From the NCBI GenBank assembly GCA_963783375.1, contig CAWANH010000029.1, forward strand, positions 288,001 through 352,000: a stretch of DNA of 64,000 nt, given 5' to 3'. Positions within the stretch are counted from its first letter, which is position 1; every line of letters begins with the position of its first letter. A program made the position numbers and the translations under genes. The notes under the pieces are model-generated. The model was not told the origin of the DNA and made no database searches. It worked only from the letters and a program-made list of their open reading frames with translations. Source of the stretch: Candidatus Eiseniibacteriota bacterium. GTDB lineage: Bacteria > Eisenbacteria > RBG-16-71-46 > JABDJR01. Positions 31,499 through 41,626 of the stretch are shown here, one piece after another.

Positions 31499-32434
31499 AT
31501 GAAGCGCCTCTTGTCGATCTACTTGTTTCTCGCCTTGATCCCGGCGTCGGCCCTGGGCCAGGACGGGACCGCGTATCGGCTGGGACCGGACGACGCCGTC
31601 CAGGTCCAGGTTTGGCAGCGACCCGACCTGAGCGGGACCTACGTGGTGGACGGCGAGGGGAACATCTCCCTACCCCTCCTGGGGGTGGTCCCGGTCGACG
31701 GGACGACCTCGGCCGAGCTGGGGAAGGAGCTGAGCCGGCGCTACGCCATCCTCGACCCCGGCATTTCCGAGGTCCTGGTCACCGTGCTCCGGTTCAACAG
31801 CCACTACCTCACCATCGTGGGCGAAGTGGCGAATCCGGGCCGCTATACCTTCAGGGTGATGCCCAATCTCTGGGACGCGCTCCTGGCCGCCGGGGGAGCG
31901 ACCTCCAAGGCCGATCTGGGCGATGTTCAGGTCGTGCGCCGAGAGGGGGAGGGCAAGGAACCGACCAGCATGAAGGTGGATCTATCCGCCGGCGTGGACA
32001 AGACCCCGATGGACAGCCTTCCCCCTCTCAAGCCGGGGGACAGCGTCATCGTTCCCTCCCTGAGCCGTGAGGGCGGGGTGTCCGGGGACCAGGTCCGGGT
32101 GCTGGGCGCGGTCCGCAATCCCGGGATCTATTCCCTCCGGGGCGCGGGAACCGTGGTCGAGGCGTTGAGCGCTTCCGGGGGAGCGGTCCCGGGAGCCGAC
32201 CTAGGAGGGGTCCGCCTGGCCCGGCGCACCGGGGAGGGGGTGGTGGTCTACGAGCTGGATGTGAAGGGCTACCTGTATCAGGGTCATCCGTCCACGGACC
32301 TGGGGCTCAAACCGGGAGACACGGTGACCGTGCCCTCGAGCGGGGGTGGGGTCGGAAGCCTCTTCCATCTTGTCCTGGGATTGGCTCCCGTGCTCTCCGC
32401 GGTGGCCAGCGTCATCCTTCTGGCCCGCAGGTAG
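31499..32434 (+). CDS. wza: polysaccharide export protein (Wza/OPX; Poly_export + 2 SLBB)
   Basis: YRLGPDD..VW, VDGEGNISLPLLG, GEVANPG, GAVRNPG, LKPGD repeats; Sec signal without lipobox Cys. Confidence 0.85.
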   Translation: MKRLLSIYLFLALIPASALGQDGTAYRLGPDDAVQVQVWQRPDLSGTYVVDGEGNISLPLLGVVPVDGTTSAELGKELSRRYAILDPGISEVLVTVLRFNSHYLTIVGEVANPGRYTFRVMPNLWDALLAAGGATSKADLGDVQVVRREGEGKEPTSMKVDLSAGVDKTPMDSLPPLKPGDSVIVPSLSREGGVSGDQVRVLGAVRNPGIYSLRGAGTVVEALSASGGAVPGADLGGVRLARRTGEGVVVYELDVKGYLYQGHPSTDLGLKPGDTVTVPSSGGGVGSLFHLVLGLAPVLSAVASVILLARR

Positions 32435-32441
32435 CGCGACG

Positions 32442-34106
32442 ATGTCGAATACCATGGACCACACCGTCGATCTCAAGCACTACGCCCGCCTCCTGTGGCG
32501 GCGGAAGTGGCTCCTGGTGCTCTGCACCGTGGCCACGACATGCGCGGCGGCGGTGGGGCTCACCTTCATTCCCAAGCAATACCAGTCCTCGGCCACCCTG
32601 TTGATCGAGGACCGGAGGCCCCTGGCCCGCGAAGTCGAGCAGGCGATGGGGGGGGTGGGAGTGCGCAACACCGACTACCGGGCGGAGGAGGAGCGGACCG
32701 CCCGCATCATCGGGTACGTGCGAAGCCGGCCCTTCCTGGAACGAGTGGTCAAGGTCCTCAAGATGAACGAGGACCCGCGGGTCCTGGCCGAAGCGCGATC
32801 GCGCCAGGCCAAGAACCCGGACCTGACCGTGGACGAGGTGGCGGTGCGCATCCTGGTCTCTAGCCTGCAGTCCCGCATCCAGGTGGGGACGGGGGGACCC
32901 GGTCTCTACCGGTTCACGGTGCGCGACTACAGCCCGCGGAACGCCCAGCTCCTGGCCAAGTGGATCAGCGAACTCTACATCGACATGACCACCCAGCAGG
33001 AGCTGGATCGGATCCGCGCCGCCCGTGACTTCGGAACCGAGCAGCTCCGGATCTATCAGGACCAGCTGAAGCGGTCGGAAGACGCCCTGGAGCGGTACCA
33101 GAGCGGCCTCATTCAGCAACAGCTCGCCAGCAAGCTGGTCAAGACCTCGAACCTGAGCGTGGCGGAAGGAATCCAGAAGCGTCTGGCCGACGACGCGGCC
33201 ACCGCCCGGGCCCGGGTGGGCCCCTTTTCCCGCAGCGTGCTGGACCAGGGGCTCTCCCTGGACGCCGGCGCCATCCGCCAGGATGCCGACGTCCTCTCCC
33301 TGGTGGACAAGCTCCAGAACGCCCTCCAGCGATCGGTGGAGGAGGATCTCGCCGCGGGGCCCAACGCGATCTCGGCGGGTAACGCCCGGACGTCCATGGC
33401 CAGCGCCCGCACCCAGCTGTACCAGGAAATCGAGGACAAGGCGGCGGCGCTCCACCCCGATGCTTCCCGGAACGCCGTGCGCGCCCTGGCCACCTACGTC
33501 TTCTCGGACATCGACGCCACCGTCCAGCAGAACGCGGCCGACGATCTCCGCCGTTCCATGGACGCGGTGACCCGTTCCGCCCGTTCCACCCCGGCCAGCA
33601 GCCTGGAGCTCACCCGGTTGCAGAACGAGGTGGACCGGAAGCGGCAGCTCCTCGAGTCGTTCAAATCCCAGCTCACCGCCACGGATATTTCCCAGGCGAT
33701 GGAAACCACCGATCTCGGGCTCCGGATCGATATCGTGGACCCCGCCCCGTACCCGCTGGAACCGAGCTGGCCGGACTCCAAGAAGATCCTCCTGCTCTCG
33801 CTCCTCATGGGACCGATCCTGGGGGTGGGCTTCGGGTTCCTGAGCGAGGTGCTCGATCCCACCCTGCGCACCCTCGCCGACATCCAACGGGTGGCTCCGG
33901 AGCCGGTGCTGGGCACCCTGCCGCTGATCGACGACGTGGTGCCGCGCCCCACCGGCTTCCGGCGATACTGGATCCCCGTCACCCTGATCGGGGTGGTGCT
34001 GGTCACCACCGCGTTCTTCGTGGCCCGAGCCACCGTGTTCCCCAACCTCGGGACCTCGTCCACTCCGGTGAAGACGGTGGAACCGGCGAAGGGCGCCGTC
34101 CAATGA
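32442..34106 (+). CDS. polysaccharide co-polymerase / chain-length determinant (Wzc N-terminal part)
   Basis: DLKHY..LWRRKW TM1, PKQYQSSATLLI, long coiled coil, IVDPA..P..PSWP TM2, extra C-terminal TM. Confidence 0.88.
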   Translation: MSNTMDHTVDLKHYARLLWRRKWLLVLCTVATTCAAAVGLTFIPKQYQSSATLLIEDRRPLAREVEQAMGGVGVRNTDYRAEEERTARIIGYVRSRPFLERVVKVLKMNEDPRVLAEARSRQAKNPDLTVDEVAVRILVSSLQSRIQVGTGGPGLYRFTVRDYSPRNAQLLAKWISELYIDMTTQQELDRIRAARDFGTEQLRIYQDQLKRSEDALERYQSGLIQQQLASKLVKTSNLSVAEGIQKRLADDAATARARVGPFSRSVLDQGLSLDAGAIRQDADVLSLVDKLQNALQRSVEEDLAAGPNAISAGNARTSMASARTQLYQEIEDKAAALHPDASRNAVRALATYVFSDIDATVQQNAADDLRRSMDAVTRSARSTPASSLELTRLQNEVDRKRQLLESFKSQLTATDISQAMETTDLGLRIDIVDPAPYPLEPSWPDSKKILLLSLLMGPILGVGFGFLSEVLDPTLRTLADIQRVAPEPVLGTLPLIDDVVPRPTGFRRYWIPVTLIGVVLVTTAFFVARATVFPNLGTSSTPVKTVEPAKGAVQ

Positions 34107-34804
34107 AAGTCCTCGATGCCATGCACCAGGATTGGCCGGTGGCCACCGAGGTGCGGAAACTCCAATCCAGGGTCTGGCGCCAGATCAAGCGGGACAAGCT
34201 CAAGATCATCCTGGTGACCAGCGCGGTGGGGGGCGAAGGGAAGACCACTACCGTGGCCTATCTCGCCGCCACCGCCGCCCTTCACCCCGACCGGCGGGTG
34301 CTGGCGGTGGACTTCGATTTCCGGCGTCCCCAGCTCCACCGGCACTTCGATGTGGCGCCGAAGCTGGGGCTGGCCGACGTGCTGGCGGAGCGGGGAACGT
34401 TGGAGGAGGCGCTGACCCACACCGAGCTGCCGAGCCTCGATCTGCTCCTGGCCGGTTCCAGCGGCGGCCGACCCGGGGCGGTCCTCGACTCACCCCAGCT
34501 CGACCCCCTGATGGATACCCTGCGCGCGCGCTACGACCTCGTGCTGATGGACGCGCCGCCCCTGGGGCCGGTGGCCGACGCGGCCACCCTGGTGCCGCTC
34601 TCCGACGGCGTCCTCCTGGTGGTGATGGCGGGCAAGACCCCCAAACCGCATCTCGCTCACGCCCGTGAGCTGTGCCTGGGAATGGGCGGAAACATAATCG
34701 GCCTGGTGGTGGGAAACGCTCGCGAAGCCTCTCCCGACTACTACCACCCGAAGTACTACTATGACTACAGCAACGCCCATGACCGGGATGGGAAGACCCG
34801 TTAA
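34103..34804 (+). CDS. BY-kinase (CpsD/CapB tyrosine kinase, split Wzc)
   Basis: Walker A GGEGKTT, A' DFDFRRP, Walker B LMDAPP, C-terminal Tyr cluster YYHPKYYYDY. Confidence 0.92.
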   Translation: MKVLDAMHQDWPVATEVRKLQSRVWRQIKRDKLKIILVTSAVGGEGKTTTVAYLAATAALHPDRRVLAVDFDFRRPQLHRHFDVAPKLGLADVLAERGTLEEALTHTELPSLDLLLAGSSGGRPGAVLDSPQLDPLMDTLRARYDLVLMDAPPLGPVADAATLVPLSDGVLLVVMAGKTPKPHLAHARELCLGMGGNIIGLVVGNAREASPDYYHPKYYYDYSNAHDRDGKTR

Positions 34805-34811
34805 CGGCGGG

Positions 34812-35867
34812 GTGGACCAGGAGCCGGTCCCGGACCGGCCTCGCCTCACCGTGGTGCTTCCCGTGCTCGACGAGGCGCGGGACCTGGGGACGCTGCTCGA
34901 TCAGCTCCACGCCCAGTCCGTTCCCCCCGGCGGATTCGAGGTGGTGGTGGCCGATGGAGGCTCCACCGATGGGACGGTGGATCTGGTGCGGGAGCGCGCG
35001 CGAAGCTGGTCCCGCCTGAGGCTGATTCCGAATCCCGGCCGCCGGAGCGGCCCCGGGCGGAACGCGGGGATCGCCGCCGCCCGTGGCGAACTGGTGCTGT
35101 TTCTGGATGGGCACTGCTCGCTTCCCCGTGACGACTACCTTGTGCGCGCGGTGGCCGTGTTCGAGGCCAGCGCGGCGGACTGTCTCTGTCGCCCCCAACC
35201 GCTCACCTCCCTGGTCGAGGGAAAATGGGCCGGGACGATCGCCCGGGCCCGTCACTCTCCGTGGGGCCACAATCCCGGCTCCGACATCTACGGCGGGCCC
35301 GCCGGCCCTACCGATCCCCGTTCCGCCGGCGCGGCCTACCGGAGAGAGGTGTTGGACCGGTTGGTCGGATTCGACGAGCGGTTCGACGCCTGCGAGGACG
35401 TGGAGTTCAACCACCGGGTGGCCGAGGCCGGGTACACGGCCTGGAGGCATCCCGACCTCGCGGTGGACTACCGCCCCCGGTCCTCTCCCGCCGCGCTCCT
35501 ACGCCAGATGTTCCGCTACGGGCGGGGGCGCGGCCGGCTCATGGTCCGGCATCCCTCCACCGCGCCCTGGCTCCTCCTGACCCCCGGCGCGATCCTGGTC
35601 GTCCTTGTCGGCTCGGGGTTCCTCTGGGGGGGGCGGTCGGCGGGGCTGGCGGCCCTGGCTCTGATTCTGGGCTGGCTCCTGGTCGCGGGGATCGAGAGCC
35701 TCCGTCTGGCCCGGGGTCCCGGGGAAGCGCTCCGGCTTCCCGTGGTGTTCCTGGCCATCCACGGGGGCCTGATCCTGGGGTTCTGGCGGGGGGTCCTCGA
35801 CGCGCCCCGCTTTCGGGGACCGGCGCCCGGCGCCGTCCGGAGGGAGGTCCATCGTGCCCGGGCGTGA
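34812..35867 (+). CDS. glycosyltransferase family 2 (ExoA-like)
   Basis: VVLPVLDE, ADGGSTDGT, RNAGI, FLDGH, GFDE..CEDVEFN, QMFRYGRG, C-terminal TMs. Confidence 0.88.
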   Translation: MDQEPVPDRPRLTVVLPVLDEARDLGTLLDQLHAQSVPPGGFEVVVADGGSTDGTVDLVRERARSWSRLRLIPNPGRRSGPGRNAGIAAARGELVLFLDGHCSLPRDDYLVRAVAVFEASAADCLCRPQPLTSLVEGKWAGTIARARHSPWGHNPGSDIYGGPAGPTDPRSAGAAYRREVLDRLVGFDERFDACEDVEFNHRVAEAGYTAWRHPDLAVDYRPRSSPAALLRQMFRYGRGRGRLMVRHPSTAPWLLLTPGAILVVLVGSGFLWGGRSAGLAALALILGWLLVAGIESLRLARGPGEALRLPVVFLAIHGGLILGFWRGVLDAPRFRGPAPGAVRREVHRARA

Positions 35868-37341
35868 TCCCTCCGGCGTGCCTCCACCCTCCGGCCCTCC
35901 CGGTTTCGAGGAGGCGGAGGCCCGGCTCAGCGCCTTCTCCGAGCGGGCCCGGCTGGTCACGCTCATCCTGGCCATGGTGGTCTTCTCGGGGCTCCTGGGC
36001 TTTTCCATGGTCTTCGTGCGGCCCGTCCTCATCTTCGGACTCCTGGCCGGCGTGGCCGGAGTCCTGGTCATCATGGCCCGTCCCTTCTGGGGGCTTCTCC
36101 TCTACACCCTGGTATACCTCCTGCGCCCGGCGGAGATCTATCCCGCCCTGGCCGTGCTCCACCTGGAGCGCGTTCTGGGGGTGGTGGCCCTGGCGGCGAT
36201 GTTCTTCGAGATGGCCCGGAAATCCGGCCAGGTGCTCGTGGACCGGTCCCGTCAGACCGGCTGGTTCCTGGCCTTCATGGGGGCGGTGCTTCTCTCGATC
36301 CCGTTCTCCTACTGGACGGGATGGGCCACGACCCAGTTCGTGGACATGCTGAAGGTCCTCGCCTTCTATCTCATGGTCGTGCACCTCGCCGACACCCCCA
36401 AACGGATCCGGGGGTTCACCTGGACCTATCTGATCATGGTCACCTACATCGCGATCTCCTCGCTCCGCGCCTACTACTCGGGGCAGTTCGCCTTCGCCCA
36501 GGGAATCGATCGCGCGGTGGGGCAGACCTCGGCGGGAGGGGATCCCAATAACCTGGGGGCGACCCTGGCTTCGTCGGTTCCCCTGATGATCCTGCTGCTC
36601 CGGCCGGAGCGCAAATTCTGGCCCCGCGTTCTTCTCATCCTCGCCCTGGCCGCGGCGGTGTGGACCGTCGTCCTCACCGGCTCCCGCTCGAGCCTCCTGG
36701 GAGTCTTGAGCGCGTTCGTCTTCCTCATCTGGACCTCGCGCCGCCGGGTGGCCTGGGCCTTCGTGGCGCTGGCGGTGGTGGTGGTGGGATTCATCCTCCT
36801 ACCCGAGCAGTACAAGCACCGGTACGAGACCATCGCCGAGGCCACCTCGGGCGACCTGGACCCGTCGTCCCGGAGCCGGCTCCGGGTCTGGAAGGCCGGT
36901 GTCCACATGTTCGTCGACCATCCCATCGTGGGAGTGGGAGCGGGCTGCTTCGGCACGGCCCATGCCCTTTCCTATTCCCCGGAGGGGGACCGAAGCTGGC
37001 TCCAGGCCCACAGCCTCTACATCCAGGTCTTCGCCGAGCTGGGAATCGTGGGGGTGGTGACCTTCTTCGGGTTCGTCTTTCAGTACCTGAAGCTCACCCG
37101 CCGGGCCAAGGCTCTGGCCCTGGCCCGAGGACCGACCTGGGCGTTCCCGGCCGCGGTCACCCAGGCGGTGATCGGGGGGACGGTGGTGCTCCTGGTATCG
37201 GGCATCTTCGGGCACAATCTCTTCCGCAGCACCTGGTACATCTTTGCCGCCATGGGGCTCGCGGTGTATCGACTCGGCGAGGCCACCCCGGAAGCCGGGG
37301 CGGAATCCCTGCCGGCCGGGCCGGAGGGGAGGGCGCGGTGA
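35854..37341 (+). CDS. O-antigen ligase / Wzy polymerase-like protein
   Basis: ~12 TMs, DPNNLG, TGSRSSLL, R..VW..G..MF.DHPIVGVG, AHSLYIQVFAELG (Wzy_C). Confidence 0.88.
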   Translation: MPGRDPSGVPPPSGPPGFEEAEARLSAFSERARLVTLILAMVVFSGLLGFSMVFVRPVLIFGLLAGVAGVLVIMARPFWGLLLYTLVYLLRPAEIYPALAVLHLERVLGVVALAAMFFEMARKSGQVLVDRSRQTGWFLAFMGAVLLSIPFSYWTGWATTQFVDMLKVLAFYLMVVHLADTPKRIRGFTWTYLIMVTYIAISSLRAYYSGQFAFAQGIDRAVGQTSAGGDPNNLGATLASSVPLMILLLRPERKFWPRVLLILALAAAVWTVVLTGSRSSLLGVLSAFVFLIWTSRRRVAWAFVALAVVVVGFILLPEQYKHRYETIAEATSGDLDPSSRSRLRVWKAGVHMFVDHPIVGVGAGCFGTAHALSYSPEGDRSWLQAHSLYIQVFAELGIVGVVTFFGFVFQYLKLTRRAKALALARGPTWAFPAAVTQAVIGGTVVLLVSGIFGHNLFRSTWYIFAAMGLAVYRLGEATPEAGAESLPAGPEGRAR

Positions 37342-38474
37342 CGGCGATCGCCGTTCTCGCCGCTCTTGGTCTGGGCCTGGGAGGGGTGGGGCTCCTCTAT
37401 ACGCTGGCGCTGGCGGTGGCGGCGGCGACCGGACGCGCTCCCCGTCCCCGCGGCACGCCCTCGGCGATCGCGGTGCTCATCCCCGCCCACAACGAGGAAG
37501 CCGGGCTCGGCCCCCTCCTGGCCGATCTCTCCGCCCAGACCCGCCCCCCCCGGTTTGTCCTGGTGGTCGCCGATCGCTGCACCGACGGCACGGTCCGGGT
37601 GGCCCGGGAAGGCGGGGCCGAGGCGCTCGAGATCGAGGGGGGACCCGGAGGGAAGGCCCGGGCCCTGGCCGAGGGATTCCGGGCGATGTCCGGCCGCGAG
37701 TGGGACGCGGTGGTGGTGGTCGACGCCGACTGCCGGCTGCCCTCGGACTTCCTGGCCTCGGTTCGCGGTGGGCGGGACGAGGCGGTGCAGGCGGTCTACA
37801 CCCTTCGCGCCGGACCGGGACGCGGTCTCCTGTTCGATTACGCGGCCCGTCTGGAGAACACCGTGTTTCACGCCGGTCGCGCCCGCCTTGGGCTCCCCGC
37901 GTTTCTCCGGGGCACCGGCATGGTGCTCGGCCGCGATGCCCTGCGCGCCGTGCCGTGGTCGGGGACCGGGCTCACCGAGGACCGCGCCCAAGGGCTCGCG
38001 TTCCTGGCCGGTGGAGTGCCGGTGCGCTACGACCTGGGGGTCGAAGTGGTGAGCGATCTTCCTCCGGGACGGAGGGAAGTGTGGCAGCAGCGCCGGCGCT
38101 GGTCCTCGGCGGGCATAGGGGCCGGGGTGGCCGCGGCGGTACGGGTGGTCCCCGCCGCCCGCGCCGCGGTGGGAGCGCGGGCCCTCGAGCTTCCCCTGGC
38201 CGTCCTCGCCGACGCGCGTTCCCAGTGGCTGGTTCTGCTCGGGCTCGGCTTCGTGCTGGACGCGGTGGCCCGGGGCCGGCCCCGGGGGTCCCTGATCGTC
38301 CTCTTTGTCGGGCTCATCGTTTCCGCCGCCGCCCTGGGATTCACCTGGTACGGCCGGCGGTTCTGGCGCGCGCTGGCCGAGCTTCCCGGGAGCGCGGCGG
38401 TGTCCCTGGGCTCCGCCGGGCTGGCCCTGGTGGGACGGCGCCCCCGAAGCTGGGTGCGGGGGAGGCGGGGCTGA
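37338..38474 (+). CDS. glycosyltransferase family 2 (membrane-anchored)
   Basis: LIPAHNEE, ADRCTDGT, GKARAL, VDAD, GTGM, LTED, QRRRW. Confidence 0.87.
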   Translation: MTAIAVLAALGLGLGGVGLLYTLALAVAAATGRAPRPRGTPSAIAVLIPAHNEEAGLGPLLADLSAQTRPPRFVLVVADRCTDGTVRVAREGGAEALEIEGGPGGKARALAEGFRAMSGREWDAVVVVDADCRLPSDFLASVRGGRDEAVQAVYTLRAGPGRGLLFDYAARLENTVFHAGRARLGLPAFLRGTGMVLGRDALRAVPWSGTGLTEDRAQGLAFLAGGVPVRYDLGVEVVSDLPPGRREVWQQRRRWSSAGIGAGVAAAVRVVPAARAAVGARALELPLAVLADARSQWLVLLGLGFVLDAVARGRPRGSLIVLFVGLIVSAAALGFTWYGRRFWRALAELPGSAAVSLGSAGLALVGRRPRSWVRGRRG

Positions 38475-39631
38475 TGCCGGTCACCGTGGCCGAGTTCCGC
38501 TGTACCGACACCACCGGGGGCGGACCGGACAAGACCATCCTCTTCTCCGCCGCCGGCCACGACCCCGAGCGGGTGCGGATCGTGCCCTTCTTTCTGACCC
38601 ATGAGGGGGATCCCCTCCCCGGCATCACCGCTTTCTCCCGGGAGAGCGGGGTGGAGGCGATCCGGGTTCCCGATCGCTCGAAGCTCGATCTCCGGCTCCT
38701 GCCCGACATGCGGCGCCGGCTCCGGAAGCACGGCTGCGATCTCATCCATACCCACGATTTCAAGACCGACTTCTGGGGCCTCGTCCTGGCGCGCACCACC
38801 CCCGGACTCGGGCTCATGGCCACCGCCCACGGCTGGTCGAATCCCCTGGCCCCATCCCATCGGTTCTTCAACGCGCTCGACCGGCGGGTGCTCCGGGCGT
38901 TCCCCCTGGTGATCGCGGTCTCCGAGGCCACCGCGGAGAAGCTGGCCGGCATGAAGATCCGGCCGGAGCGGATCGAGGTCCTTCCCAACGGCATCGATCT
39001 CGAGGCGTGGTCCCCCCGCCCGCGCCCCGATCCCCTTCCTCCCGGGCTTCCGGCCGGAGGGCGGTTCATCGGCACGGTGGGACGGCTCTCCATCGACAAG
39101 GCGGTGGACACGTTGATCGAGGCCTTTGCCGTCCTGGCTCCGGGGCGCCCGGATCTCCACCTGGTCCTGGTGGGGGACGGTCCGGAGCGGGAGCGGCTCG
39201 AGGCCCTGGCCGCGGCGCGGGGGGTGGCGGCGCGAACTCTCTTTCTGGGCCACCGCGCCGACCTCCGGGACCTCTACGCCGCGTTCGATCTCTTCGCGCT
39301 CTCTTCCCGGACCGAAGGCATGCCCAACACCCTTCTCGAGGCTCTGGCCATGGCGCGACCGGTGGTGGCCACCCCGGTGGGGGGGGTGGGGGAGGTGGTG
39401 CGCGATCGGCGAGAGGCGATCCTGGTTCCCCCCGGACAAACCGCGCCGCTCGCCGAGGCCCTGTCGGAAGTCCTGGATAGCGAGATCCTCGCCGCCTCTC
39501 TCTCCCAGGCGGGTCGCCGCCGGGTGGAGGCGTGCTATTCGTTCGCCGCCCGGCTCGACCGACTCGAAACCCTGTACGAGCGGGTGGCGGGGATTCCGGA
39601 GCGCGGATCCGGGAGGCGGGGAAGCAAGTGA
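38474..39631 (+). CDS. glycosyltransferase family 4
   Basis: GGGPDKTI, HTHDFK, AHGW, PNGID, VGRL..K, SSRTEGMPNTLLEA. Confidence 0.9.
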   Translation: MPVTVAEFRCTDTTGGGPDKTILFSAAGHDPERVRIVPFFLTHEGDPLPGITAFSRESGVEAIRVPDRSKLDLRLLPDMRRRLRKHGCDLIHTHDFKTDFWGLVLARTTPGLGLMATAHGWSNPLAPSHRFFNALDRRVLRAFPLVIAVSEATAEKLAGMKIRPERIEVLPNGIDLEAWSPRPRPDPLPPGLPAGGRFIGTVGRLSIDKAVDTLIEAFAVLAPGRPDLHLVLVGDGPERERLEALAAARGVAARTLFLGHRADLRDLYAAFDLFALSSRTEGMPNTLLEALAMARPVVATPVGGVGEVVRDRREAILVPPGQTAPLAEALSEVLDSEILAASLSQAGRRRVEACYSFAARLDRLETLYERVAGIPERGSGRRGSK

Positions 39632-39635
39632 GGCG

Positions 39636-39651
39636 TGGCATGTATCATGCA
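39636..39651 (+). promoter_or_regulatory. sigma54 (-24/-12) promoter TGGCATG-TATC-ATGCA
   Basis: Exact GG-N10-GC spacing, intergenic, ~50 nt before ATG 39700. Confidence 0.75.
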
Positions 39652-39699
39652 AACCAGGGGACGGGGAGAGGGTGGATTCACAGGAGAAGGAGCGCCTAG

Positions 39700-41574
39700 A
39701 TGATGACGAGCCGGTTCGTTCCGCGCGGGCTCACCGCGGCCGCGTTGTTTCTGGGCGCCGCGATCTGCAATGTCTCCGTTGCAACCGGCGCGCTGAGGCA
39801 CACCATCGTGTACTACGCCAAGGCGCCGGACGCCGCCACCCGGCAGGTCATCGCCGATCGCTACGACATGGGGCTCACCGGCGATCCAGGGACCGACGGC
39901 GTCGCCATCAAGGCGTTGAATCCCGACTTCCAGTGGTTCACCTACAACTCGGCCACCGACAACTACGTCACCGGCAACGAAGATCAGGAACATGTGGCCC
40001 TGACCGCCTTCACCGCCGCACGCGGGTTCCCCCTCGAGGATACCTACCTCCACTACTGGGACGACACCCAGTTGAACCTCGACGGCGAGGTGATAACCAT
40101 TCCGGGGTGGGGAGGCGGAAGCGCCACCGATCCCGCCCAGGCCCGGATGCCGGTCTACTACAAGGACCTCTCCCGGCGGTTGGTGAACTTCTCGACCCCC
40201 GGCGCCCGGCAGATCCAGAAGGAGTTCATGATCCAGTTCAACCTGGAAAAACCCTTCACCGGCACGAACCTCTATCCCGACGGCTTCTTCATGGACAACT
40301 GTTCGGCGGTGCTCTTCAATCAGGGAGACCTCGTATCGGGGGGCCACGTGCGCGAGACGCCAGGACATCTCCGCGTGGACACTCCGGCGTTTCAGGACTG
40401 GTTCTGGACCCAGAACCTCGCACCGTTCCTGGCCGAGTTGAAGGACACGCTCGAAACCTCGGCCCAGTGGTTCCCGGACGGACATCGGAAGCGTCTGATG
40501 ATCAATGCGGCCAACGTGTGGGTCGACTCCTACGTGACCATGGACGTGGCCGACGTGCTCTGCCTGGAAAACCAGTACAGCCCGGTCGGGAACGCCGGCC
40601 TGGGCGAGGTGGACGAGGCCTACCGCCGGGACAAGTTGGCCGCGGACCACGGCATCGAGAGCTTCTACCTCTCCCTGGTGAGCACCGAGGCCTGGGGACA
40701 TCCCGGGGTCTTCAACTACGACCAGGCCCTCATGGGAAGCCTGGCCTGGTTCCTCACCACCCGTACCGCTCAGACCTCGCTCTTCCTGGAAGGAACGTTC
40801 GATCCCCGTCGCGCGGACTGGGACACCCTGACCTGGCGCGGGGCGGTGGATGTGGCCGACCACAACCTGGACGAGACGGTGGGGGATCCGTTCACCCTGG
40901 CCTCCGGCGTCGATCCCCTCGGCCAGGCGTTCGTGGTCAAGGCGCGCCGCTACACTACCGGCCTGTCCGTGGTGCGCCCCCGCGGGGAGTGGAACCAGGG
41001 GGTCGAGACGGCCACCGCGGTCACCGTGACCTTGCCGGAGGACAGCCAGCTGCGGCCGGTGCATTCCGACGGCACTTTGGGGGCGGTCGCGACCACGGTC
41101 ACCCTCCGGAACGGCGAGGGTGCGGTCTTCCTCGGGGACCCCGGAACGGGTGCCGGCGGTGGTGGTGGCGGTGGGGGCGGCCCCGACCAGAGCGACATCG
41201 TCACCCCGCCCACCGGACGCGGCTTCGCCGTCGTCACGACCTCTCCTTCGCCCGGAGGCGTCGCGGTGCCCCGGGGAGCCGCGGTGATCTTCACCCTGAA
41301 CGACTTGGTGGACTCCGCCTCCCTCACCCCCACGACGGTGCGGGTGGTGGGGACCCTTTCCGGCCCGGTGGCCGGAAGCTTCTGGCTGGAGCAGGGAGGG
41401 AGGAAAATCGTCTTCAATCATGCGAGCGACTTCGCGGGAGGCGAGACCGTCACCGTGACCCTGTCCGGGACCCTGCGCGACGCCCTCGGTCTCGGCATCG
41501 ACGGCAACGACGACGGGATGGTGACCGGAGGAGCCGCCGACGACTACCGCCTCACCTTCACCGTCGCGCCGTAG
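39700..41574 (+). CDS. secreted putative glycoside hydrolase (GHL15-like) with Gly linker and C-terminal Ig-like (Big_5-type) domain
   Basis: Signal peptide; IKALNPD..FTY, DGFFMDN, LENQY, RRYTTG..VRP; G-rich linker; TSPSPG..IFT.N..VDSASL...DGNDDG..FTV. Confidence 0.65.
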   Translation: MMTSRFVPRGLTAAALFLGAAICNVSVATGALRHTIVYYAKAPDAATRQVIADRYDMGLTGDPGTDGVAIKALNPDFQWFTYNSATDNYVTGNEDQEHVALTAFTAARGFPLEDTYLHYWDDTQLNLDGEVITIPGWGGGSATDPAQARMPVYYKDLSRRLVNFSTPGARQIQKEFMIQFNLEKPFTGTNLYPDGFFMDNCSAVLFNQGDLVSGGHVRETPGHLRVDTPAFQDWFWTQNLAPFLAELKDTLETSAQWFPDGHRKRLMINAANVWVDSYVTMDVADVLCLENQYSPVGNAGLGEVDEAYRRDKLAADHGIESFYLSLVSTEAWGHPGVFNYDQALMGSLAWFLTTRTAQTSLFLEGTFDPRRADWDTLTWRGAVDVADHNLDETVGDPFTLASGVDPLGQAFVVKARRYTTGLSVVRPRGEWNQGVETATAVTVTLPEDSQLRPVHSDGTLGAVATTVTLRNGEGAVFLGDPGTGAGGGGGGGGGPDQSDIVTPPTGRGFAVVTTSPSPGGVAVPRGAAVIFTLNDLVDSASLTPTTVRVVGTLSGPVAGSFWLEQGGRKIVFNHASDFAGGETVTVTLSGTLRDALGLGIDGNDDGMVTGGAADDYRLTFTVAP

Positions 41575-41577
41575 TCT

Positions 41578-41598
41578 GGGCGACGGCGGCGGTCGCCC
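41578..41598 (+). terminator. GC hairpin after the 39700 gene (possible terminator, no U-tract)
   Basis: GGGCGAC-7nt-GTCGCCC immediately after the stop codon. Confidence 0.3.
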
Positions 41599-41626
41599 GT
41601 CTCCCGGGCGAGATCCCGACCAATGA

